Program-made: the position numbers and the translations under genes
The notes under the pieces: model-generated
What the model was told of the DNA's origin: nothing
What the model saw: the letters and a program-made list of their open reading frames with translations, nothing else
Databases searched by the model: none
NCBI GenBank assembly: GCA_018894615.1
Contig: JAHIPL010000132.1
Span: forward strand, 1-46,150
Length of the DNA stretch: 46,150 bases
Source of the DNA: Acidobacteriota bacterium
GTDB taxonomy: Bacteria > Acidobacteriota > Aminicenantia > Aminicenantales > Aminicenantaceae
Direction of reading: 5' to 3'
Part shown: positions 25,886 to 35,038 of the stretch, one piece after another
Layout: each line of letters starts with the position of its first letter
How positions within the stretch are numbered: the first letter of the stretch is position 1

Positions 25886-26242
25886 ATGCCACGTGTAAGA
25901 AGAGGCGTGAAAAAGAGTCGGCGGCGCGCAAAAATTCTCAAACTCGCAAAAGGGTTCTGGGGAGCGCGAAGCCACAATTACCGGACCGCGAAAGAAGCGG
26001 TCGAACGGTCTCTGAAGTATTCCTACAGAGACAGGAGAACGAGGAAGAGGGATTTCCGGCGGCTCTGGATCATCCGGATCAAGGCGGCCGCTCTGAACAA
26101 CGGGCTTTCGTACAGCCGTTTCATCAACGGCCTGAAAAAAGCCGACATCCTGCTGGATCGAAAGATCCTTGCGGAACTGGCGGTGGGGGCTCCGAAGACG
26201 TTCAGCGACCTGGTCCAGACGGCTAAAAAGGAACTGGGCTGA
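25886..26242 (+). CDS. rplT: 50S ribosomal protein L20
   Basis: [33 protein letters not shown]. Confidence 0.98.
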   Translation: MPRVRRGVKKSRRRAKILKLAKGFWGARSHNYRTAKEAVERSLKYSYRDRRTRKRDFRRLWIIRIKAAALNNGLSYSRFINGLKKADILLDRKILAELAVGAPKTFSDLVQTAKKELG

Positions 26243-26258
26243 TTCGATCAAGACCGGG

Positions 26259-27296
26259 ATGAGAGAAATAAAGAATCAGATTGACGCGTACCGGAAGGAA
26301 CTGGAAAAAGCCACCGCGCGCATAAAGGATGCCGAGTCCCTTCAGGAGCTGCACACCCTTTTTCTCGGGCGTAAAAAAGGGTATGTCACCCTTCTGATGA
26401 ACGCCATGAAATTTCTTCCTCCGGAAGAAAAAAGGGATGCCGGACAAATCATCAACCTGTTCAAAAAAGATGTTCAGGATGTGCTTGACGGGCGGCAGAA
26501 GTCCATTCAGAAATCCCGGATAATTTCATTTGCCGCCGACCTGACCCTTCCCGGGAGAAGTCCGTATTGGGGTGCCCCTCATCCTCTTCGTCTTTTTCAG
26601 AACAGGATCGAAAGCATTTTTCAAAAAATGGGCTTTTCCATTGAAGAGGGCCCGGAGATCGAAACCGATTTCTATAATTTTGAAGCGCTGAATTTTCCTC
26701 CCGAACATCCAGCCAGAGATGATTGGGATACACTTTATCTTGACAAAGATGACTGGCTGCTGCGGACACACACCTCACCGGTGCAGATCCGGGTGATGGA
26801 AAAAAGAAAACCACCCATTCGCATCATCTGCCCGGGAAAGGTTTTTCGCAAGGAGGCCCCTGATCCAACCCATTCTCCCATGTTTTATCAGGTCGAAGGG
26901 CTTATCGTGGACCATGGAATCACTTTTGCCCACCTGAAAGGAACGATTGATTTCTTTTTGCGCACCTTTTTTCATGAAAAAATCAAGGTCCGTTTCCGTC
27001 CCAGCTTTTTCCCTTTCACCGAGCCGTCGGCCGAAGTGGATATCAGCTGCACTGTTTGTAATCAGAAGGACGACAACTGCCGGGTTTGCGGCGGTTCCGG
27101 GTGGGTGGAAATTCTGGGAGCAGGGATGGTCGATCCTCAGGTCCTTAAAAATGTGAATATCGATCCTGAAAAATATTCCGGGTTCGCCTTTGGAATGGGA
27201 ATCGATAGGACGGGAATGTTCCAGTATCAAATTCCCGATCTGCGGTATTTCTTTGACAACGATCTGCGTTTTATACGGAAGTTCTCGAGACAATGA
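26259..27296 (+). CDS. pheS: Phenylalanine--tRNA ligase alpha subunit
   Basis: HPARDDWDT, LLRTHTSPVQ, FHQ-like FYQVEG, FPFTEPSAE, GFAFGMG; start taken at ATG 26259. Confidence 0.97.
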   Translation: MREIKNQIDAYRKELEKATARIKDAESLQELHTLFLGRKKGYVTLLMNAMKFLPPEEKRDAGQIINLFKKDVQDVLDGRQKSIQKSRIISFAADLTLPGRSPYWGAPHPLRLFQNRIESIFQKMGFSIEEGPEIETDFYNFEALNFPPEHPARDDWDTLYLDKDDWLLRTHTSPVQIRVMEKRKPPIRIICPGKVFRKEAPDPTHSPMFYQVEGLIVDHGITFAHLKGTIDFFLRTFFHEKIKVRFRPSFFPFTEPSAEVDISCTVCNQKDDNCRVCGGSGWVEILGAGMVDPQVLKNVNIDPEKYSGFAFGMGIDRTGMFQYQIPDLRYFFDNDLRFIRKFSRQ

Positions 27297-29356
27297 AAAT
27301 CAGTGTGAATTGGCTGAAGGACCACATCGACCTGGAGGTGGATCCTGACGGATTGATCGACGCGTTGAACAATATTGGTTTAATGGTTGGTGGATGGGAA
27401 GCGTTTGAGGATGACATCGTCCTCGACATCGAAACATACGCCAACAGGCCGGACACGCTGGGACACCGGGGAATCGCGCGGGAGATCGCTGTCAAGTTCG
27501 GCCTTCCGTTCAAGGAATTGGAGCTGCCTCTCGATGAATCGTCTCTGGAAACGGCAGATCTTGTCGACATTCAGATTTTGAACGAAGATCTCTGCCCCCG
27601 TTATACCGGATTGGTGGTAAAGGGAGTCAGAATCGAATCCTCCCCGGAATGGCTTCAGAAAAGACTTCGAAGCATGAATTTGAAGCCCGTCAACAATGTG
27701 GTGGATGTCAGTAATTATGTTCTGTTCGCCACGGCCCAGCCCATTCACACCTTCGATCTGGGGAAAATTGCGGGAAACCGGATCATTGTTCGAAAGGCGG
27801 GCAAGGGAGAATCCCTGCTTGCCCTGGACGGAAGCCTTCTGGAACTTGATTCGGAGATGCTTGTCATCGCCGATGAAAGCAAACCCGTCGCCCTTGCCGG
27901 TGTCATCGGCGGTATGGATTCTTCGGTTACGGACTCCACAACGGACATTTTTATTGAAAGCGCCTCCTTTCATCCCGGGTCCATTCGATCCTCAGCAAAA
28001 AAAATCGGGCTCCAGACGGATGCATCCTACCGTTTCGAACGGCACACCGATATTGCCTTTCCTCCCCTCGCGGCCAAAATGGCGGCGTCCCTTTTGTGCC
28101 GTTTCGGCGGTAAAGTGTCTAAGGGATTGCTTGATGTTTATCCCGCGCCGGCAAAAACCAAAACCGTTGTTCTTCGCAGACACCGGATCAGGGGCCTTCT
28201 CGGACTCGACGTGGAGGATGGTTTTGTCGTCGAAACACTCGAATCCCTGGGATTTCTGGTTGAAGAAAAGCAGCCCCATATCTGGCAGCTCAAAGTCCCT
28301 TCCTTTCGAATCGATATCGAACGGGAGGCGGATGTCATTGAGGAGATCGCACGGTTCTACGGGTACGACAAAATTCCCACCCAGCTCCCGCCGATGGAGG
28401 AACTGGAGCCTATTCATGATGAGAGGCGAAACAGGATCGAGTCCCTCAGGCAGGTCATGTTCCACCAGGGATACGATGAAGTGGTCAATCTGAGCTTCAC
28501 TCATCCGGAAGAAGAAAGCCTGTTTCATACGAACCGAAGGCCCGTCGTCATTCGAAATCCCATCTCCACCAGAGCCTCCCTGCTGCGAACGACTCTTTCC
28601 GGAGGGCTGCTTCAGAATATTGCCTGGAACCGGAACCGCGGCGCCGAAGGTGTCCAACTGTTTGAAATGTCAAAGACCTACTATCGAAAAGAGAATGATT
28701 CCTATGGAGAGGATGAAACGCTGGCCTTTGCGGCGACCGGGCTTGTGGGCGAGGATCACTGGCAGGGCGCCAGAATCAAAGCGGATTTTTTCTCCCTCAA
28801 GGGGACATGTGAAGCGCTGATGTCGAATCTGCGCTACGCGGCCTGCAGCTTCATGGAGCTCGAGCACGAGTGTTTTCTTAAAGGAGCGGCGCTGTCCATT
28901 CATTATAAGGGGCAGATCGTTGGTTGTCTGGGAGAGGTCAACCCTCCTGTTCTCAAATACTTTTCCATTAAAGAAAAAGTCTGGCTGGCGGAGTTGAATC
29001 TTACCCGGCTTTTCGCCAAACAGCCGCAGCCCTTCATGTTCAGCCCCATCTCCCGTTTTCCTTCCATAGAAAGGGATCTCTCCATCATCATCGATAAGGA
29101 TGTGGTTTTTCAGGACATCCGGGAAGTTATCGACAGATTATCCATCCTGAACCTTGAAAAATATGTCCTCGTTGATAAGTTCAGCGGAAAGCCGGTTCCT
29201 GACGGAAAAGCGAGCCTGTCATTCCGGTTTGTTTTTCGTCATTCATCCAAAACTCTTCTGGCGGAAGATATCGATATCTGCCAGAAACAAATACTCGCGG
29301 CGCTGAGATCCGCTTTTAAAATTCATCTCAGAGAGGGGGAGTCAATTGACAAGTGA
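27293..29356 (+). CDS. pheT: Phenylalanine--tRNA ligase beta subunit, short form without the B2 OB-fold
   Basis: NRPDTL follows the first ~45 aa directly; NNVVDVSNY, QPIHTFD, YRFER, IEEIARFYGY, FDX-ACB C-terminus. Confidence 0.96.
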   Translation: MKISVNWLKDHIDLEVDPDGLIDALNNIGLMVGGWEAFEDDIVLDIETYANRPDTLGHRGIAREIAVKFGLPFKELELPLDESSLETADLVDIQILNEDLCPRYTGLVVKGVRIESSPEWLQKRLRSMNLKPVNNVVDVSNYVLFATAQPIHTFDLGKIAGNRIIVRKAGKGESLLALDGSLLELDSEMLVIADESKPVALAGVIGGMDSSVTDSTTDIFIESASFHPGSIRSSAKKIGLQTDASYRFERHTDIAFPPLAAKMAASLLCRFGGKVSKGLLDVYPAPAKTKTVVLRRHRIRGLLGLDVEDGFVVETLESLGFLVEEKQPHIWQLKVPSFRIDIEREADVIEEIARFYGYDKIPTQLPPMEELEPIHDERRNRIESLRQVMFHQGYDEVVNLSFTHPEEESLFHTNRRPVVIRNPISTRASLLRTTLSGGLLQNIAWNRNRGAEGVQLFEMSKTYYRKENDSYGEDETLAFAATGLVGEDHWQGARIKADFFSLKGTCEALMSNLRYAACSFMELEHECFLKGAALSIHYKGQIVGCLGEVNPPVLKYFSIKEKVWLAELNLTRLFAKQPQPFMFSPISRFPSIERDLSIIIDKDVVFQDIREVIDRLSILNLEKYVLVDKFSGKPVPDGKASLSFRFVFRHSSKTLLAEDIDICQKQILAALRSAFKIHLREGESIDK

Positions 29357-29606
29357 AATGGAAAGAATTAAAATTTTAGAGGGGAAGATATCGCACGTTA
29401 TCAATTATGTTCAATCGGTTCTAGCTGAAAACGAGAAGTTGAAAAAAACAATCGGCGAGCTGCAGTCGGATATCAAAACGATGGAAAGCAAGGCCGGAGA
29501 AGCGGAAAAACTGGATCAAAATTTAAAAAAATATGAAAAAGAAAGGGAGGTTCTCAAGGAAAAAATCGAAACCATCATTGTTCAAATCGACCAACTAGGC
29601 ATATGA
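29346..29606 (+). CDS. ZapB-like coiled-coil cell division protein
   Basis: 86-aa coiled coil directly upstream of zapA, GTGA/ATGA-type coupling. Confidence 0.7.
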   Translation: MTSEMERIKILEGKISHVINYVQSVLAENEKLKKTIGELQSDIKTMESKAGEAEKLDQNLKKYEKEREVLKEKIETIIVQIDQLGI

Positions 29607-29932
29607 AAGATCGAATCATTGAAATCGAAGTCTATGGACAGAAATATAAAATTAGGGTCAAAGGAGAAGACGACGAGAAATATATAAGCCATCTTACTTC
29701 TTACCTGGATCAGAAAATGCGTGAAATTGCCGTGAAATCCAAATCTGCCGATACGGTGAAGATTGCGGTGCTTGCGGCGCTTAACATTGCAGATGAGTAT
29801 TTTGTCAGCCAAAACAGGCTGGATCAATTGGATGAAGTACTGGCGAATATGGAGAAAGGCTTAGAGAATTTGGAAGACCATCTTTTTAAAAATGGATCGA
29901 TACACAAAAAAGTTGAGCAGGCGGTCAAATGA
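29603..29932 (+). CDS. zapA: Cell division protein ZapA
   Basis: IEVYGQKYKI, LDQKMREI, AVLAALNIADE. Confidence 0.92.
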   Translation: MKDRIIEIEVYGQKYKIRVKGEDDEKYISHLTSYLDQKMREIAVKSKSADTVKIAVLAALNIADEYFVSQNRLDQLDEVLANMEKGLENLEDHLFKNGSIHKKVEQAVK

Positions 29933-30114
29933 ATCCTGTGATTCCTTTCAATTCCGACGAAACAGGCGTCCGCCTGTCCTTGATGACAGGACGGCGATTC
30001 GAATGGATATACAGTCAGTGTCAGCGGCGTGTTTTGCAGCGCAGAAGAATCATTCGGAATCATCCATTTAAAATGTGATTTCTCCACCCTTTTTTCTCCT
30101 TTGGCACTCCTAAT
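29933..30114 (+). ncRNA. Candidate structured RNA at the syntenic position of 6S RNA (zapA-rny gap); identity not confirmed
   Basis: About 190-nt gap with several inverted repeats (ATTCCGA/TCGGAAT, GAATGGAT/ATCCATTT, ACAGGC/GCCTGT, CCTGTC/GACAGG); canonical 6S sequence motifs not recognised. Confidence 0.25.
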
Positions 30115-30129
30115 AAGGAGGTGCTCAAA

Positions 30130-31692
30130 GTGAATACGATACTTTTACTGGTTGCTGTGGTTTTCTGCGTGTTGTTGGCTGCGACCATTTTCCTTCTTTT
30201 AAAAAAAACATCAGGGTCCCGCTCGATTTTTAAGGCTCAGCAGGAAGCCAAGACCATTCTCGACAAGGCCGCCGAGTCGGCGGAGAGTGTCAAGAGGGAA
30301 GCCTCGATCGTCGCCAAGGAAAAATATCTCAATCTCAAAACGGAATTTGAGAACCAGACCCGTGAGAGACGGGAGAAGATCAACGAGATGGAACGCCGTA
30401 TTGTCAACAAGGAAGAAAACTTGGAAAGACGCATGGCCAACCTGGAGAGAAGAGAACGGGATTTCTCAAACAAGGAAACGCAGCTGTACACCAAAGAACA
30501 GGACCTAGTGAACAAGGAGAAAGAGGTCGAGGAAATTATCGCCAAGGAGCTGAAAGAGTTGGAACGGGTGGCGGGGATGACGCAGGATGACGCCAAAAGG
30601 GAACTGCGGAAAAAGATCGAGGATGAAGCCAAACTGGAAGCGATCCAGATCATAAGAAAGATTGAAGAGGAAACCCGGGAGAAGAGCCAGGCCATTGCCA
30701 AGGACCTGATCAGTCAGGCCATTCAGCGCTCCGCCGCCGAGCATGTTGTGGAAACAACCGTGTCCGTGGTCGATCTCCCTTCGGATGACATGAAGGGACG
30801 GATCATCGGTCGAGAAGGACGTAACATTCGAGCCCTGGAACTGGCGACGGGTGTGGATATCATTGTTGATGACACGCCCGAGGCAGTCATCCTTTCAAGT
30901 TTTGACCCCATTCGCCGTGAAATGGCGCGCCTGGCCATAGAAAAGCTGGTTCTGGATGGACGGATTCATCCCGCCCGGATCGAAGATGTCGTGAACACCG
31001 TTAAAATCGAGTTGGAGGAATCCATCAAGCAGGAGGGAGAGACGGCGATTCTTGAACTGCGGATTCAGGATATGCACCCCGAACTAATCCGCCTCCTGGG
31101 TAAATTGAAATACCGAACCAGTTACGGACAGAATGTTCTTCAGCATTCCAAGGAAGTGGCTTTTCTGTCCGCACTGATGGCAAGGGAGCTTGACCTCAAT
31201 ACAACGGTTGCCCTTAGGGCCGGTCTGCTGCATGACATCGGGAAGGCGGTGGACAAGGACGTGGAAGGAACCCATACGGAATTGAGTGTTGAACTGACAC
31301 GGAAATATGGGGAAAAAGAAGCGGTTGTCCTGGCCATCGCATCCCACCATCGGGATGTGGATTTCCCTTCCATTGAGGCCGTGCTCGTCCAGTCGGCGGA
31401 TACGCTCTCAGCCGCGAGACCGGGAGCCCGCCGCGAACTGCTTGAAACCTATATCAAGCGGTTGAAAAAACTGGAAGACATCGCCACGGGTTTTGACGGA
31501 GTCGCCAAGGCGTACGCCCTGCAGGCCGGACGGGAAATCCGTATTATTGTTGAAAGCCAGAAGGTCAATGATGAAAAAGCGGCCTTTGTCGCCAAGGAGA
31601 TCGCGAGGAAAATCAAAGATGAGATGGATTATCCGGGACAGATCAAAGTGACCGTTATTCGTGAGATGAGAGCCGTCGAATATGCCCGATAA
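30130..31692 (+). CDS. rny: Ribonuclease Y
   Basis: N-terminal TM anchor, coiled coil, KH KGRIIGREGRNIR, HD GLLHDIGK, AARPGARRE; GTG 30130 after AAGGAGGT. Confidence 0.97.
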   Translation: MNTILLLVAVVFCVLLAATIFLLLKKTSGSRSIFKAQQEAKTILDKAAESAESVKREASIVAKEKYLNLKTEFENQTRERREKINEMERRIVNKEENLERRMANLERRERDFSNKETQLYTKEQDLVNKEKEVEEIIAKELKELERVAGMTQDDAKRELRKKIEDEAKLEAIQIIRKIEEETREKSQAIAKDLISQAIQRSAAEHVVETTVSVVDLPSDDMKGRIIGREGRNIRALELATGVDIIVDDTPEAVILSSFDPIRREMARLAIEKLVLDGRIHPARIEDVVNTVKIELEESIKQEGETAILELRIQDMHPELIRLLGKLKYRTSYGQNVLQHSKEVAFLSALMARELDLNTTVALRAGLLHDIGKAVDKDVEGTHTELSVELTRKYGEKEAVVLAIASHHRDVDFPSIEAVLVQSADTLSAARPGARRELLETYIKRLKKLEDIATGFDGVAKAYALQAGREIRIIVESQKVNDEKAAFVAKEIARKIKDEMDYPGQIKVTVIREMRAVEYAR

Positions 31693-32482
31693 AGTCAGCG
31701 TCCTTTTTGTGGGAGATATCATCGGCCGTCCCGGAAGGATGGCGGTTGAGATGTTTCTTCCCCGGCTTATCAGTCAGTACCGTCCTTCCGTCGTGATCGG
31801 GAACGGAGAAAATGCGGCGGGAGGCATCGGAATCACCCAGGACATCTGCCGGGACATGCTGGAAACCTTTGATCTGCTGACCTCGGGCAATCATGTCTGG
31901 GACAAGAAAGAAGGCGCTCTGTGCCTGACGAAGGAATCCCGTCTTATTCGACCGGCGAACTATCCGGCTGAGAATCCGGGTCAGGGCACCGCCGTGCTGA
32001 CAACAAAGGATGGAATCAAAATCGGGGTGATGAACCTGCAGGGCCGTGTCTTTATGGAAGCTCTGGAGTGCCCTTTTCGGACGGCGGACTCCTGCCTTGA
32101 GCAGCTCAAAAAAGAAACCGATATCGTTGTTGTCGACATCCATGCCGAAGCGACTTCGGAAAAACAAGCTCTTGGATGGTATCTCGACGGGCGGGTGTCC
32201 GCGGTATTTGGTACGCACACCCATGTGCTCACAGCGGATGCCAGGATCCTTCCGAAGGGAACAGCTTATCTGTCGGACGCGGGCATGGCCGGAGGATACC
32301 GGTCCGTGATCGGTATCAGGACCGATCAGGCTATCGAGCGTTTCCTCTCTTCCCGACCACAACGTTTTGAGCCGGCGACAGGCCCCCTCCACCTGTCGGC
32401 CGCTGTTGTCGAAATAGACAGCAAATCGGGCAGGGCTCTTTCCATCGTGACGGAGACACTCTTGGAGGAAGACCGTGAGTGA
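31682..32482 (+). CDS. ymdB: YmdB/TIGR00282 metallophosphoesterase
   Basis: GDIIGRPGR, NGENAAGG, GNHVWD, DIHAEATSEK, GTHTHV; canonical position after rny. Confidence 0.93.
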   Translation: MPDKVSVLFVGDIIGRPGRMAVEMFLPRLISQYRPSVVIGNGENAAGGIGITQDICRDMLETFDLLTSGNHVWDKKEGALCLTKESRLIRPANYPAENPGQGTAVLTTKDGIKIGVMNLQGRVFMEALECPFRTADSCLEQLKKETDIVVVDIHAEATSEKQALGWYLDGRVSAVFGTHTHVLTADARILPKGTAYLSDAGMAGGYRSVIGIRTDQAIERFLSSRPQRFEPATGPLHLSAAVVEIDSKSGRALSIVTETLLEEDRE

Positions 32483-33806
32483 GAGCGATTCGCAGGCCCC
32501 TGAACACATCTTTTCGGTCCATGAGCTGACGCAGCATATCAAAAATCAGCTGGAATCAGCCTTTCCCCGAATCTGGGTTGAAGGGGAAATTTCAAATTTT
32601 CATCGACACCACAGCGGACACCTGTATTTTACTTTGAAGGATGAGAAGAGTCAGCTGCGGGCGGTGATGTTCCGGGGGGCGGCTTCTCGAATCCGTTTTG
32701 AGATCGAGGATGGAATGCAGGTGATTTCCAGGGGGAAGATCAATGTCTATGAGCCCCGGGGAGAATACCAGCTTCTTTCCGAGTTGATCGAACCGAAGGG
32801 GAAAGGGGCCCTTCAGATGGCCTTTGAACAGCTCAAGGCCAAGCTTCAGAAAGAAGGGCTGTTCAATGCGGCCCACAAAAAATCCCTGCCCCTGTTTCCG
32901 AAAAAAGTGGGCGTCGTAACTTCGCCGCGGGGGGCGGCCATCATCGATATCATCCGCACCTTCGAAAGACGCTTCGGACGTACCCACATCATCATCTATC
33001 CGGCACGTGTCCAGGGAGAAGGGGCGGCGGAAGAAATCGTTGAGGGACTCGATTATCTGGGAGGGCAAACGGATATCGACGTCATCATCGTCGGCAGAGG
33101 GGGAGGGTCTATGGAGGACCTCTGGGCGTTTAATGAGGAAATTGTCGCCCGGGCCGTGTTTCGCTGTCCCATTCCCGTTATATCCGCCGTCGGTCACGAG
33201 GTTGATTTCACCATCACCGATTTTGTCTCCGATATCCGCGCATCCACTCCCTCAGCCGCGGCCGAGATGGTGATCGAGAGCGAGCAATCCTTTTTGGATC
33301 GGATCGAGAATCTGCAAAATCGTCTGATTCACAGTTTGAAATATGGGGTTCAGGAGAAAAAAAATGAGGTTCTGGGGCTCGTTCATCATCATGCCTTTCA
33401 GAATTTCAAGATGAAACTTTTGAATCTGGAGCAGCGCGTCGATGATTTGGATATGCGTTCCTGGGACAGGCTGAGGCGCCTGCAGCACCGGTTGATGGAA
33501 GGGCGGTCTCGAGCGGATTTGTATCTGGAAAAACTGACGGCTAAAATGAATGCCCGCCTCCAGGGATGGAAGGGGGTGTGGGAAAAGTTTGCGGTTGCCC
33601 TCGACGGCGCAAGTCCTCTGGCGATATTAAAAAAAGGCTATGCCGTCTGCATGAAAAATGGAGGATTAAAACCGGTGAGAGGAATCCGGGATATTGCGGT
33701 GGAAGACAAGGTCACCGTCTCCTTTTTTCAGGGGGAATTTCACTGCCGGGTGCAGGATGTGGATCCCCTCGCCTCTATCGAGAGGCGGCTGAAACAGGGA
33801 AAATAA
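32475..33806 (+). CDS. xseA: Exodeoxyribonuclease VII large subunit
   Basis: SGHLYFTLKD, GRGGGSMEDLWAFN, SAVGHEVD, TPSAAAE. Confidence 0.96.
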   Translation: MSESDSQAPEHIFSVHELTQHIKNQLESAFPRIWVEGEISNFHRHHSGHLYFTLKDEKSQLRAVMFRGAASRIRFEIEDGMQVISRGKINVYEPRGEYQLLSELIEPKGKGALQMAFEQLKAKLQKEGLFNAAHKKSLPLFPKKVGVVTSPRGAAIIDIIRTFERRFGRTHIIIYPARVQGEGAAEEIVEGLDYLGGQTDIDVIIVGRGGGSMEDLWAFNEEIVARAVFRCPIPVISAVGHEVDFTITDFVSDIRASTPSAAAEMVIESEQSFLDRIENLQNRLIHSLKYGVQEKKNEVLGLVHHHAFQNFKMKLLNLEQRVDDLDMRSWDRLRRLQHRLMEGRSRADLYLEKLTAKMNARLQGWKGVWEKFAVALDGASPLAILKKGYAVCMKNGGLKPVRGIRDIAVEDKVTVSFFQGEFHCRVQDVDPLASIERRLKQGK

Positions 33807-33872
33807 TCCTTTCCCGGGAGAGACGACGAAAGAAAAAATGAGGATAAACGTCCTTTTCTGAAGGAGAATACG

Positions 33873-34163
33873 ATGGCGGAACAAAACTTTGAGAAAGCGC
33901 TGGAGGATTTAGAAAAAATCGTCGGCCGGCTGGAGGAAGGCGGAGCTTCTTTGAACGAGTCTCTGGCGCTGTTTGAAAAAGGCGTGCAGCTGGCCCGGTT
34001 TTTGAGGAAGGAGCTGGAAAAGGCGGAGAAAAAAATTGAAATCCTGATGAAAAACACAAATGGGGAGGTGAAAGCCGAGCCCTTTGAATCCGATTCCGGG
34101 GAACCCGAAACCGGAGATGACGATCAGTCTGAGCCGGGTGATAACAACACGCTTCCTTTTTGA
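33873..34163 (+). CDS. xseB: Exodeoxyribonuclease VII small subunit
   Basis: FEKALEDLEKIVGRLE, LNESLALFEKG. Confidence 0.93.
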   Translation: MAEQNFEKALEDLEKIVGRLEEGGASLNESLALFEKGVQLARFLRKELEKAEKKIEILMKNTNGEVKAEPFESDSGEPETGDDDQSEPGDNNTLPF

Positions 34164-35038
34164 TGCCTATGACAATTGATAATCTGCTCCGGGACCACAA
34201 GCAAATGATAGAGGAGGCACTCGAACGCCTTCTGAGCGGAGGATCCACGCCGCTGCACCTGGCAATGCGGTCAGCGGTCCTTTCCGGCGGAAAACGTTAC
34301 CGACCTCTCCTGATGATCGCGGCGGGAGAGTATTTTCATGTTCCCCTTGACCGGATCCTTCCTTTTGCCTGCGGTCTTGAACTCATTCACAATTATTCCC
34401 TTGTTCATGATGACCTCCCCTGCATGGATGATGACGACATGCGCCGCGGACGACCGACCGTGCACAGGGCGTACGGAGAGGATATCGCGCTCCTGACGGG
34501 AGATGCGCTCCTCAGTCTGGCCTTTGAGGTGATGGCGGATGCTTCCGGGGGTCCGGAATTTCTGCCGCAGAAGGTCCGGACGATTCAGGAAATCAGCCGT
34601 TTTTCCGGTGCGAAAGGAATGATCGGCGGGCAGTTTCTGGATATTCGCTACATCCCCGAGGAAGCCACGGAGGAGCTCCTTTTGGAACTGATGGCGAAAA
34701 AGACCGGGGGCCTGATAACGGCCGCCGTCCGGGTGGGAGGAATACTGGGAGATGCGCCGGAGGCCGGCCTTCGCGCTCTGACAACCTATGGAGAAAACAT
34801 CGGTCTCGCCTTTCAGACGAGAGACGATATTCTGGATTATCGCCAGGACGAATCGAAGGACCGGCCTTTTCGTCCCAATGCGGCTCATTTCTTCGGACTT
34901 GAGCAGGCGAAAACGCGGCTGAACCAATACATTGACCGGGCGCAAATTGTTTTGTGCGATGCCGGGATTCAATCCGAATCTCTTGTCTATCATGCGAATT
35001 GCCTGCGCCTGCCGGAAGCGGAAAAGAGAGATGAATAA
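34160..35038 (+). CDS. ispA: Polyprenyl (farnesyl) diphosphate synthase
   Basis: GGKRYRP, HDDLPCMDDDDMRRG, KKTG, FQTRDDILD. Confidence 0.93.
   Translation: MMPMTIDNLLRDHKQMIEEALERLLSGGSTPLHLAMRSAVLSGGKRYRPLLMIAAGEYFHVPLDRILPFACGLELIHNYSLVHDDLPCMDDDDMRRGRPTVHRAYGEDIALLTGDALLSLAFEVMADASGGPEFLPQKVRTIQEISRFSGAKGMIGGQFLDIRYIPEEATEELLLELMAKKTGGLITAAVRVGGILGDAPEAGLRALTTYGENIGLAFQTRDDILDYRQDESKDRPFRPNAAHFFGLEQAKTRLNQYIDRAQIVLCDAGIQSESLVYHANCLRLPEAEKRDE

Noticed and set aside
25000-25900. AT-richer stretches at infC-rplT and zapB-zapA as possible foreign DNA
   Set aside because: They encode core genes in conserved order; Lys/Glu-rich proteins explain the composition
29955-29990. GACGAAACAGGC-GTCC-GCCTGTC resembles hammerhead ribozyme stem III plus the GUC cleavage triplet, with TTGATGA nearby
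   Set aside because: No correctly placed CUGANGA, no stem I between GUC and the TGATGA, and no stem II partner for GAC, so the core cannot be assembled
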